64,000 nt of DNA from an uncultured bacterium (GTDB lineage Bacteria > Desulfobacterota > Syntrophorhabdia > Syntrophorhabdales > JANXAF01), in NCBI GenBank assembly GCA_938084905.1, contig CALKEQ010000001.1, positions 26,835 through 90,834 of the forward strand, given 5' to 3'. Every line of letters starts with the position of its first letter. Position 1 is the stretch's first letter. Below are positions 19,501 to 28,025 of this stretch, one piece after another. A program made the translations under genes and the position numbers. The notes beneath the pieces were generated by a model. The model was not told the DNA's origin, made no database searches, and saw only the letters and a list, made by a program, of their open reading frames with translations.

Positions 19501-19616
19501 TAGCCGAACGGATCACCTCCTTTGTTGAAGTTAACGAGGGTCTATCCCTGGAAGATGCCATATTTGAGGCGAGAAGATGCCTCCACTGTGATAGGGGGAA
19601 AAGGGTTGTAAGATAG
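16566..19616 (+). CDS. fusion: NuoF/FdsB-like NADH-FMN-[4Fe-4S] subunit + GltD/NfnB-like FAD NAD(P)H oxidoreductase
   Basis: 1016 aa. N-terminal 2Fe-2S domain (CSGASC...CMGPC). NuoF core (GLRGRGGAGFPTGLKW, ESCGQCTPCR). GltD part (NPFPASCSRICPAFCEGKC, RVAIIGGGPSGL, GIPPYRLPK, VLVVGGGSTAMDAAR). Confidence 0.85.
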   Translation: MKRDDLFRIKEERQRKAKEAKYEVFTCSGASCISSRSLEIKEALLHGLKKDNLMDRVKIIETGCMGPCQEGPLLYVKPEEIYYVRLTKEDIPEIIGTHIKEGKIVERLVWRNESSFFEKQKKVVLSNSGRIDPEDIEAYIEKDGYFALLKVLEEMTPEKVIEEILKSGLRGRGGAGFPTGLKWKLAREREADEKFVICNADEGDPGAFMDRAVLEGDPHAVLEGMAIAAYAIGAKKGYIYVRAEYPLAIKRLEIAISQARNYGLLGRNILEKNFDFDVDLRIGAGAFVCGEETALIASIEGKRGMPRPRPPFPVERGLWGKPTVINNVETFATVRHIILNGSSWFSSIGTENSKGTKIFALSGKVENTGLVEVPMGITLGEIVFDIGGGTPKGKKFKAVQTGGPSGGCIPPSLLNLPVDYESLKEAGAIMGSGGMIVLDEDNCMVNMAKYFVEFTMSESCGQCTPCRVGLKHLYDILDRITKGKGKPDDLIRLEKIAKEVRDSSLCGLGQTAPNPILSTLDYFRDEYEDHILRKRCKASVCASLFFAPCSNTCPAEVDVSRYVAYVCEGKLEEAFLTHMENNPFPASCSRICPAFCEGKCERGKMDDPISIREIKRIFADYALKKDIRFDPPKREKKERVAIIGGGPSGLSLAFYLTRLGYRPTLFEESEKLGGMMRYGIPPYRLPKRILDLEISRIVDAGVDVRLKKRVSSVRELLSQGFDAVYVSIGASLSQRLNVEGERSPSVLDGIEFLRRINEGEKIDLQGKRVLVVGGGSTAMDAARVALRLKAKDVFLSYRRTRLEMPAQKVEVEEAEEEGVKMLFLTNPVAFRTNGGGLEVEFVKMGLKGFDRMGRRNPYPIEGSQFSMPFDIAILCIGQKPNSQIFSEELEIEKDGTFKVDPDTLMTSIPGVFAGGDAVLGPATVVEAIGHGRKAAISIDKYFGYSGELPFGERQEVKTTYNEEEFLKETRRKKPNLKAVAERITSFVEVNEGLSLEDAIFEARRCLHCDRGKRVVR

Positions 19617-19624
19617 GAGGGAAA

Positions 19625-22321
19625 ATGGAAGTCGAAATTACAATAGATGGGAAAAAAATAAAGGCTCAGAAAAATGAAAACCTTCTGAGGGTAGCGAAAA
19701 AAAACGGGATATACATTCCCAGCCTCTGCTACTATGAAAAAATTTCTCCTACAGGGGTTTGTAGACTCTGTCTTGTAAAAGTGGAAAACATGAGAGGGCT
19801 TGTTCCGGCGTGTGCGACTTTTGTCACAGACGGGATGAAGGTCATTGCAAATGATGAGGAACTCTTCGAGCTTAGACGTGACATACTCGACATGCTTCTT
19901 TCAGAGCACAACGCCGATTGCATAGCCTGTGACAAAAACGGTTCCTGCGAGCTTCAGGATCTTGCCTATAGATTCGGCCTCGAATTGAAAAACAGAAAAT
20001 TCAGACCTCTCTGGCATGAACTGGAATTAAGAAGGGACGAATCCTCCTATGTCCTCTCCTTTGACAGTTCCAAGTGCGTTAAATGTCAGAGATGTATAAA
20101 GGCCTGCTACGAGATTCAGGGAAAGGGGGTCCTTTCATTTGCAAAAAGGGGTATGGAAACGTATCTTGTGGCAGGTTTCGGAACCTGGAAAGACTCTGAA
20201 TGTGACGCCTGCGGAGAGTGTGTTCAGGCATGTCCAGTAGGCGCGATAGTTGAAAAACCGGTCTTTGAAAGGGTACGAGCGATCGATGTGGAAAAAAAGG
20301 TGGAAACAACATGCCCTTACTGTGGAGTTGGATGCCAAATAGAACTCTGGGTGAAGGAAGGAAAAATTGTGAAAGTAAGAGGTCTCGATGAGAAACCTAA
20401 CAACGGCTCATTGTGTGTTAAGGGAAGGTTCGGTTTTTCTTTTGTCCATTCGGAAGAAAGGCTAAAATCTCCTCTCCTTAGAGAGGGAAACCAGTTTAAA
20501 GAGATAGGGTGGGATGAGGCAATAAGGATTTTTGTAGAGAGAATAAAAGAGATCAAGGAAAAATACGGACCAGAAAGCATAGCAGTCCTTGCTTCTGCTA
20601 AAATCACAAATGAGGAGAACTACCTTCTTCAGAAGTTTACGAGGGTTGTCCTGGGAACTAATAACATTGACCACTGTGCCAGACTTTGACATGCACCGAC
20701 CGTCGCAGGTCTTGCGGCGGCTTTTGGTTCAGGGGCAATGACAAACTCTTTAGAGGAACTTGAGTATGCGGATTGTATTCTCCTTACAGGCTCAAATACA
20801 ACTGAGACCCACCCTGTTACCGCCACATTCATAAAAAGGGCCGTACTTTTACATGGTGCCAAGCTCATTGTTGTCGATCCAAGGGAGATCGAGCTCGCCA
20901 AATACGCAAATATCTACCTTCAGCCCAGAAACGGGACCGATGTGGCATGGATAAATGGGATGATGCATGTAATACTTAAAGAGGGGCTTCACAACAAAAA
21001 ATTTATAGAAGAGAGGACAGAAGGCTTCGAGACGATAATCCCAATTATAGAAAAATTCACTCCTGAGAAGGTTGAGGAAATAACTGGTATCCCGAGGGAA
21101 AAGCTGATCGAAGCGGCAAGGATCTTTGCAACGGCGAAGAATGGCTCCATAGTCTACGCAATGGGAATAACCCAGCATATAACTGGAACGGACAATGTAC
21201 TGTCCCTTGCCAATCTCGCTATGATCACGGGAAATGTGGGAAAGGAGTTTTCGGGTGTAAATCCTCTAAGAGGTCAGAACAACGTTCAGGGTGCATGCGA
21301 TATGGGTTGCCTCCCGTCTTTCTTGCCTGGTTATGCAAGAGTGGAAGATGCTCAAGCAAGGAAAAGGTTTGAGGATTTTTACGGAGTGCCTCTTCCAGAA
21401 AAGGCAGGACTTACAGTTGTTGAAATGATGGAGGCTGCTATAGAGGGGAAAGTAAAAGCCATGTACGTAGTTGGTGAGAATCCCCTCCTTACGGATCCGA
21501 ATATCCCTCACGTTGAGAAGGCTTTAAAAAATCTTGAATTCCTCGTAGTTCAAGACATGTTTATGACAGAGACCGCAAAATGTGCTGATCTCGTTTTACC
21601 GTCCGCTTCCTTTGCGGAAAAAGAGGGTACATTCACGAACACTGAGAGGAGAGTATTGCCTGTAAGACCCGCTTTTGAACCACTCTACGGCTCAAAAACA
21701 GATCTGGAAATTATCTCTCTTCTTTGGAGAGCCATGGGAGGGGAAATCCGGATCAGTTCATCGAAGGATGTCCTCGATGAGATAAACAGGGTAGTCCCAT
21801 CGTACCGAGGAATAACGTATGAGAGGATAAAGTCTGGAGAGAGGATTCAGTGGCCCTGTCCAGATGTTAATCACCCTGGAACAAAGTACCTGCATAAGGA
21901 TGTTTTCGCAAGAGGGAAGGGTAAATTTCATCCCGTTGACTTTATCCCGCCTAATGAGTTGCCTGATGAAGAATATCCATTTTTGCTTTCAACGGGTAGA
22001 ATCATGTTTCACTACCACACTGGTTCAATGACAAGAAAGGTCTCTTCCCTTGAACTCTTCGCTCCAGAGCCATTTGTTGAGATTAGTGACAAGGATCTCA
22101 AAAGACTCAATGTAAAGGATGGGGAGATGGTAAAGGTCATTTCCAGAAGAGGAGAAATTACTCTTAGGGCCAAAAGGAGTGAACGAGTATTTGAAGGCTC
22201 AGTCTTTATCCCATTTCATTATGCGGAGGCTTCAGCAAACATACTGACCAACGACGCTCTCGATCCTATATCGAAGATTCCAGAGTTTAAGGTTGCTGCC
22301 GTAAGGATTGAAAAAATTTAG
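19625..22321 (+). CDS. fdhA: formate dehydrogenase catalytic subunit, selenocysteine-containing, with NuoG-like N-terminal Fe-S domains
   Basis: Track ORFs 19625-20689 and 20738-22321 share one frame. The UGA at 20687-20689 sits in [14 protein letters not shown], the canonical Sec/Cys Mo-ligand position. 2Fe-2S, HX3CX2CX5C, two CX2CX2CX3CP and CPYCGVGC motifs lie upstream. Confidence 0.9.
20695..20728 (+). promoter_or_regulatory. SECIS-like hairpin directing Sec insertion at UGA 20687
   Basis: Upper stem CCGTCGCA/TGCGGCGG (20700-20707 / 20713-20720, one G-U pair) with apical loop GGUCU. Lower stem ACCGA/TTGGT (20695-20699 / 20724-20728). Starts 6 nt after the UGA. Confidence 0.7.
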
Positions 22322-22372
22322 CACATTTAACTGGAGCTTAAATTTGGTCTTTAAGCCTCTCCACATATGTGG

Positions 22373-22378
22373 TATTAT
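22373..22378 (+). promoter_or_regulatory. extended -10 element (TGgTATTAT) just upstream of the TPR gene
   Basis: TATTAT at 22373-22378 preceded by TGG at 22370-22372. The ATG at 22387 is 8 nt downstream. The -35 (TTTAAG) is weak. Confidence 0.3.
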
Positions 22379-22386
22379 GATCTCAA

Positions 22387-24069
22387 ATGAAAAGACTTTT
22401 TCTCATCGTATTTTTAGTCCTGCCGCTTCTCTCTCACTCCTCTGATTTCTCACAGGCCATCTACTATTACTTAAGGGGCATGGACAAGATGGCCCGTGGC
22501 CTCCTTTTTGATGCAATTTACGAGATGGAGAATGCTCTTAAATTTGACCCTTCTTCCTCCACTTTGAGGACTGAACTTGCAAATCTTTTTCTCCGCACAG
22601 GCCAGTTGGAGAAGGCGGAGGAGGTCTTACTGGAGGCTATAGAGATAAATCCAAAAAACAGAGCAGCATACCTTATCCTTGGAGGTCTTTACGCGGCCAA
22701 AGGAGACAATGAAAGTGCAAAAAGGACTTACCTAAAATGTGTAGAGGCCCTTGAAGAGGATACTGAATGTTACATTCACCTTGCTTCCATCTTTTTGATG
22801 GAAGGTAATTTTGAAAGGGCGAGAGAAATATATCAGAAGATTCTGAGCTCCGACCCTGAAAATCTTATAGCCCTTTACTATCTCGGTCGGATAGGGGCAG
22901 AGATGAAGGATTATGAAACTGCAAAGAAATATTTTTTTAAGGTTTTGGAGGTGAGGCCCAATTTTGAAATTGCCCTTTTCGACCTTGCAACTGTTTATGA
23001 GATGGAAGGTGAGATAAGAAAGGCAAAGGAGATATACGAGAAGATCTTACTTTTAAACCCCGCAAATAGAACGGCAAGGTCTAGGATTGCGAATATATAC
23101 GTGAGGGAAAAGGAGTACGAAAGAGCCATCTCAGAATTTGAAAAGTTATCTAAGATGGATGAAAAGGATCTTTCCATAAGGGTGAAAATTGGTCTCCTAA
23201 AGATGGAGATGGGAAATTTCGATGACGCAATCAGGGAGTTTAATCTTTACCTCGCATCTGATCCAAATAACAGCACTGTCAGGACGTACTTGGGCTTTGC
23301 ATTGAAAGAAAAAGGTCTTTTCAGAAACGCCATAGACGAATTTTTAAAGGTACCTGTAGACTCGGCCGAATTCCCAATAGTCCTGAGGAACTTAACATTT
23401 CTTTTCGTAAAGGCCGATCTCGTTGATGAAGGGATCGAAAGGCTCAAATCCTTTCTAGATAAGGTGAAAGATAAGAAGGATGTATACGTTCTCCTTTCAG
23501 TCCTTTACGAGGAAAAGGGTGATCTTAAGTCTGGAATAGAGATGCTAGAAGAGGCTCTAAGAATAGATCCTCAGAACCTGGACACCCTTTACAGTATTGG
23601 CATGCTCCATGAAAGGGCGGGAAATACGGACGAAGCAATAAAATACATGCAAAGAATCCTCGATCAGGACCCTGAACATCCTGAGGCATTAAACTTCATA
23701 GGTTATACGTGGGCAGAAAAGAACATGAACCTTGATGAAGCCGAAGAAATGATAAAAAAGGCCCTTTCTAAAAAGCCAAACGCAGGCCATATAATAGATA
23801 GCCTTGGGTGGGTCTATTTCCGAAAAGGAAAACTAAAGGAGGCTCTTGAACAGCTACTTAGAGCTTATGAACTCATTCCGGACGACCCAACGATCTGTGA
23901 GCACCTCGGAGACATTTACGAAGCGATCGGTGAATACCAGAAGGCAGTTGAGTACTTTGAAAAATCAATAAAGGCTGAAAAAAAAGAGGAAAAGAGAAGG
24001 GAAGTGGAAAAAAAGCTTTTGGAGCTCAAAAGAAAAATTGAGAGAAAAATGGACCCCTCCGTCAGATGA
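22387..24069 (+). CDS. secreted tetratricopeptide-repeat protein
   Basis: 560 aa with a signal peptide and more than 10 TPR-like 34-aa units (A..Y..AL..DP.N...). Confidence 0.8.
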   Translation: MKRLFLIVFLVLPLLSHSSDFSQAIYYYLRGMDKMARGLLFDAIYEMENALKFDPSSSTLRTELANLFLRTGQLEKAEEVLLEAIEINPKNRAAYLILGGLYAAKGDNESAKRTYLKCVEALEEDTECYIHLASIFLMEGNFERAREIYQKILSSDPENLIALYYLGRIGAEMKDYETAKKYFFKVLEVRPNFEIALFDLATVYEMEGEIRKAKEIYEKILLLNPANRTARSRIANIYVREKEYERAISEFEKLSKMDEKDLSIRVKIGLLKMEMGNFDDAIREFNLYLASDPNNSTVRTYLGFALKEKGLFRNAIDEFLKVPVDSAEFPIVLRNLTFLFVKADLVDEGIERLKSFLDKVKDKKDVYVLLSVLYEEKGDLKSGIEMLEEALRIDPQNLDTLYSIGMLHERAGNTDEAIKYMQRILDQDPEHPEALNFIGYTWAEKNMNLDEAEEMIKKALSKKPNAGHIIDSLGWVYFRKGKLKEALEQLLRAYELIPDDPTICEHLGDIYEAIGEYQKAVEYFEKSIKAEKKEEKRREVEKKLLELKRKIERKMDPSVR

Positions 24070-24554
24070 AAAAAAACCTTTTTCTTATACTCCTTTCACT
24101 CCTCTCCTTTTCCTGTTCTTCCGCTGCTTATAGATTCAGTTGGCCAGAGACCGCACAAACTGTAAGAGCCTACTGTGAGTTAGATATTTCCTCGCGCCTC
24201 TTCTCTTTCAGCGGTTATGCCACACTGAGAATGGATCCCTCTCAGTTCTACGCAGAAATACTCGATTCTTTTTCCACTACTCTCATGATCTTGAAAAAGG
24301 AAGGTGACAAAACCACTTTGGTTTCAGCAGATGAAATGATTTCCGAGGCATTCGGCACTCTTCTTTTTCCTTTTGAGGACGTGATAGAGGATATTCGGAA
24401 AGCCCAATTTTATCTGACAAAGGGAGAGAGAGTATCCCTTGATAAGAAATATTACAGAGTGACCTACGATCCAACAAAAAGGAAACCTTCCATATGCTGG
24501 AATAGGGAAGATGGAAGCATGTGCATTACCTTTCTTGATGTGCAGAAAATCTGA
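24066..24554 (+). CDS. lipoprotein of unknown function (possibly LolB/DUF4292-like)
   Basis: Lipobox LLSFSCSS. 162 aa, with a 4-nt overlap onto the TPR gene. Confidence 0.45.
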   Translation: MKKNLFLILLSLLSFSCSSAAYRFSWPETAQTVRAYCELDISSRLFSFSGYATLRMDPSQFYAEILDSFSTTLMILKKEGDKTTLVSADEMISEAFGTLLFPFEDVIEDIRKAQFYLTKGERVSLDKKYYRVTYDPTKRKPSICWNREDGSMCITFLDVQKI

Positions 24555-24566
24555 ACCTTTTCCAAC

Positions 24567-25442
24567 TTATTCGGCGAGAATTCTTATTATCTCCGGGAAT
24601 ATGTATTCAGCCACATCTTTCCTTTTTCCGCCATGGGTTATAATGATGTACCTTCCTCCGCAGACTTCTTCTGTAAAACCCTTTACCTTTCGAGCCAATT
24701 TCAAGAAAAAATCCTCCGATAATCCCCTATCCCCATAGTCCCCCCTGCACGTGTCGTGTCCAAAGTTGTGAAAGAGAAGATAGGGTTTAAAATTCTTGAA
24801 CCTTGGATAGAACTCATGATCTATAAGCTCTAGATATTTCTCGTCAGTTGTCGTCAAACCAACATCTACGTCGATCTTTTCTCCATCCACCTTGTTTAAG
24901 GAACAGAAGCAAACGTGAAGGACATCCTTTTCGTTTCTAAATATCTCTCTTGTTCCATTTCCATGGTGGCTATCAGTATCAAGTATGGCAAATCTTTCAC
25001 GACCGTACTTCTTCCAGTAAGAGTAAATCGCCGGACCACAACATGAGAGGTAGGTACCTCCCCAGCCGGAGCCCCTTTCAGCATGGTGTCCTGCCGCACA
25101 GGAAAAGACAAAAGCCCGATCTATTATCCCCTCCTTTATCATTTTTAGAGCCATGTGCGTTCCAGATACAGAAAGAGAAGCACCTCTGTAAAACCAGGCT
25201 TTTTTTAGAGAATCCAGGTAAGAACGGTCATGTACGAGAAGAATAAGATCCTCTTCTGCTTCAGGTGGTTCTACTATAACTACGTTCTTTTCGTGGGAGA
25301 GCCCTTTTAAGATTTCTGCGAAATTTTCGTACTTTCTCCCTATTACTGGCCAGTCATGCTCAGAAAAGTGTGGATGGAAGAAGACCCCTACCCTCACAAA
25401 TAAAATTTTAAAAAAAGTCGACAAAAATGTCGACCTCTTCAT
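24567..25442 (-). CDS. histone deacetylase-family (arginase/deacetylase superfamily) protein
   Basis: Motifs AAGHHAERGSGWG and LDTDSHHGNGTREIF. The true start may be the GTG at 25397 (VRVGVFFHP...). Confidence 0.8.
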   Translation of the reverse strand: MKRSTFLSTFFKILFVRVGVFFHPHFSEHDWPVIGRKYENFAEILKGLSHEKNVVIVEPPEAEEDLILLVHDRSYLDSLKKAWFYRGASLSVSGTHMALKMIKEGIIDRAFVFSCAAGHHAERGSGWGGTYLSCCGPAIYSYWKKYGRERFAILDTDSHHGNGTREIFRNEKDVLHVCFCSLNKVDGEKIDVDVGLTTTDEKYLELIDHEFYPRFKNFKPYLLFHNFGHDTCRGDYGDRGLSEDFFLKLARKVKGFTEEVCGGRYIIITHGGKRKDVAEYIFPEIIRILAE

Positions 25443-25506
25443 TACTACTTCGACAAAATTTACCTAATCTCATCTTAAACCCCATCTTTCACCTTTGTTT
25501 TTTTTA

Positions 25507-25522
25507 TGGCATGGCCCTTGCT
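25507..25522 (+). promoter_or_regulatory. sigma54 (-24/-12) promoter
   Basis: TGGCAT-GGCCC-TTGCT with exact GG-N10-GC spacing, 29 nt upstream of the ATG at 25551. A sigma54 activator is encoded in the same cluster. Confidence 0.7.
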
Positions 25523-25550
25523 ATAGAAAAGAAAAAAAAAGGAGGTTAAA

Positions 25551-25955
25551 ATGAGGCGAAGAATCCTTATCGTCTTTATGTCATTTGCACTTCTACTTAT
25601 TGGAACACACGCGGCTTTTGCAAAATGTCCAGCATTCGGTTTTGGGCTTCCCCTATACCAGGATCTGTCTAAAGAACAGGCTGAAAGGCTTTACCAGATA
25701 AGAGAAAAGTTCAGAAGTGAGACAGAAGATCTAAGGAGGGAGATCTTTCTTAGGCGCCTTGAACTCAACCAGCTTTACAGGGATCCAAATGCCACTGAAG
25801 AAAAGATCAAATCAAAGCAAAAAGAACTGAGCTCTTTACTTGAGAAACTCTCTGAAAAGATCCTAGAACGGAGACTTGAAGAGAGGAAGGTTCTGAGTCC
25901 TAATCAGCTAAAAAGAGGTATCCCTCCCTACCGTATTTTCTGTGGTTGCAGGTAA
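25551..25955 (+). CDS. periplasmic Spy/CpxP/ZraP-family protein
   Basis: 134 aa with a signal peptide and helical LSxEQ/LSPNQL (LTXXQ-like) motifs. Confidence 0.65.
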   Translation: MRRRILIVFMSFALLLIGTHAAFAKCPAFGFGLPLYQDLSKEQAERLYQIREKFRSETEDLRREIFLRRLELNQLYRDPNATEEKIKSKQKELSSLLEKLSEKILERRLEERKVLSPNQLKRGIPPYRIFCGCR

Positions 25956-26038
25956 AAAAGGAGACTAGAATCCTCTATGCTTTTTTTGCGGGTTATCCGC
26001 GTTAGAAGATTTTTTAGCAGGGGAGAAGTTCGAGAAAA

Positions 26039-26473
26039 ATGGGTTCCCCAAAAAGAGTAATTTATCTTCTTCTTATCCCCTTTTTCTTTTCCCTTTGGGG
26101 CCCTCTTTTCGCGAAGGAAAAATTCGAAGACCTCGAGAGGGAGCTCAATTTTGATTTGGAACAGAAAATAAAAGCTGATCAGATAAGAAAGAAGTACATG
26201 GAGGAGATTCTTGCAACTCGGGAAGAAATTCTGAAAAAAAGGCTAGAGCTTCTGAGTGAGGCAAAAAAAGAACATCCTGACCCTGAAAAGGTAATTAGAA
26301 TAAGAAAGGAAATTGAGGATCTAAAAATGAGAACTTTTTTTCTCATAGAGAAGTATCGGGAAGAGTTGAGAGAAGTTCTGAGTGACGAACAAAAAAGGCG
26401 ACTGGACGATTACTGGAGAAAGGAGAGAAAAAGGATGAAAAGATTCCTGGAGTGGAAATGCCGTGATCAATAA
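26039..26473 (+). CDS. periplasmic Spy/CpxP/ZraP-family protein (second copy)
   Basis: 144 aa with a signal peptide and LSDEQKRRL motif. Charged helical repeats. Confidence 0.6.
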   Translation: MGSPKRVIYLLLIPFFFSLWGPLFAKEKFEDLERELNFDLEQKIKADQIRKKYMEEILATREEILKKRLELLSEAKKEHPDPEKVIRIRKEIEDLKMRTFFLIEKYREELREVLSDEQKRRLDDYWRKERKRMKRFLEWKCRDQ

Positions 26474-28025
26474 AAAGAGGCTTGTGTACCTCTCCTCGGT
26501 TTTCGGAATTTTTTTCATCATCATCGGACTAACAGGATATTTCCAGGTATCGGTCATTAAAAGAAACATGTGGTCACTTTTAGAAAAGGAGGCTGAGCTT
26601 GCCTATGGACATTTAAAAAGGGAAATAGATATAAATCTTGAATACCTCGATCTTGCTGACCGGTCGGTATTTGATGTGACGCCAGGTTTCCTTACGGCCA
26701 TAACATACGAAGATGAAGTTATTGAGGATCTTGTTGAAAGGATTCTGGTTTCACCTGAAAAAAGTTTGAAGGAAATTTCTCCTTTGGGATATGCCATCTT
26801 CGACAAGAAAGGGAATTTGGTGGACAAAAGAGGATTAATCCAAGAAGATCAAAAATTGCTTCGTTCCCTTCTTTCCGGAAAAGAAAGGATAATAACAAAA
26901 CCTCGCTCACAAGGCGGTGAGAATCTTACTTTTGGACTTCGTCTAAATGATGGGGCAGTTATAGTTACATTCACAAAAGAACAGATGAAGGACTTAAAAA
27001 GAAAGTACGTTCTTAGAGAGATAGGAGAACAAGAAAAGGAAAGATTGAAGCTCGTTGGAATCAACGTCTACGACCCAGATGGAAATCCGTACTATATGTC
27101 CCAAAATCCGAACGGAAACTATTTCAGATTCAAAAAAATGATGGACAGTAGATACCTTCCAGGCTACTATTTGGAAGTGCTTCTTTCTAGAAGCTTACTA
27201 GACGAGGTTCTTCAAAGGACGATTCTCTACCTTCTTTTTACTCTATTACTTTTGATCACCTTTGGTGCACTTACCGGATACACAGTTTTCCTCGTGGAAA
27301 GAAAGCTGGAAAAAAGAATGGTACAATTTGAGAGAGAGATGGCTAAGAATGAGAGACTTCTCTCACTTGGTATGCTGTCATCAAGTATGGCTCACGAAAT
27401 CCGAAACCCCCTAAACGCAATATCACTTTCTCTGCAAAGGTTGAAAAGGGATTTTGTTCCAGCTGATTCGCGGAAGGAGGAGTATGAGCAATTTTTGAAC
27501 GTTGTTGGAAAGGAGATAACAAGGATAAACCGGATAGTAGAAGACTTTCTTTTGCTTTCCAGGCCAGAACCCCAATACGAACAGATTAATTTAAATGGCA
27601 TGCTTGACGAGATTTTCACGATCTTAAAGGAAAAAGCGGAAAGTAAGGGGGTAAGACTTCTAAATCTGGTAAATCCTGAGATAAACGTAACTGGTTATAA
27701 GGAAAAATTGAAGCAGGCTCTCTTCAACATAGTCCTTAATGGTATTGAGGCAATTGATGGTGAGGGGCAGGTCAAAGTCGAAGCTGAGGAATTTGATGAG
27801 AAGGTAAGGATCTCTGTAGAGGATAATGGATCAGGTATAAAGGAAGGTGAGATCGAAAGGATATTTGAATACCATTACACAACCAAGCAGAGGGGAGTTG
27901 GATTGGGGCTTCCGATTTCCTATATGATCGTGAAAGACCATGATGGGAAGATAGATGTTGAGAGCAAACCAGGAAAGGGAACAATCGTGAGAATCACAAT
28001 TCCAAAAAAGAGAGAAAAGAAATGA
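26463..28025 (+). CDS. membrane sensor histidine kinase (ZraS/AtoS-like)
   Basis: 520 aa. Two TM segments flank a periplasmic domain. H-box SSMAHEIRNPLN, N box and G boxes (DNGSGI, GLGL). Confidence 0.88.
   Translation: MINKKRLVYLSSVFGIFFIIIGLTGYFQVSVIKRNMWSLLEKEAELAYGHLKREIDINLEYLDLADRSVFDVTPGFLTAITYEDEVIEDLVERILVSPEKSLKEISPLGYAIFDKKGNLVDKRGLIQEDQKLLRSLLSGKERIITKPRSQGGENLTFGLRLNDGAVIVTFTKEQMKDLKRKYVLREIGEQEKERLKLVGINVYDPDGNPYYMSQNPNGNYFRFKKMMDSRYLPGYYLEVLLSRSLLDEVLQRTILYLLFTLLLLITFGALTGYTVFLVERKLEKRMVQFEREMAKNERLLSLGMLSSSMAHEIRNPLNAISLSLQRLKRDFVPADSRKEEYEQFLNVVGKEITRINRIVEDFLLLSRPEPQYEQINLNGMLDEIFTILKEKAESKGVRLLNLVNPEINVTGYKEKLKQALFNIVLNGIEAIDGEGQVKVEAEEFDEKVRISVEDNGSGIKEGEIERIFEYHYTTKQRGVGLGLPISYMIVKDHDGKIDVESKPGKGTIVRITIPKKREKK

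Noticed and set aside
19625-22321. The formate dehydrogenase gene appears split into two ORFs, suggesting a pseudogene or two subunits.
   Set aside because: Both parts share one frame. The only interruption is a single UGA at the canonical Sec position, followed by a SECIS-like hairpin, so it is called as one selenoprotein gene.
22336-22356. Hairpin GCTTAAA-N7-TTTAAGC after the fdhA stop, considered as an intrinsic terminator.
   Set aside because: The stem is AT-rich and weak, and there is no downstream U-tract, so the evidence is insufficient.
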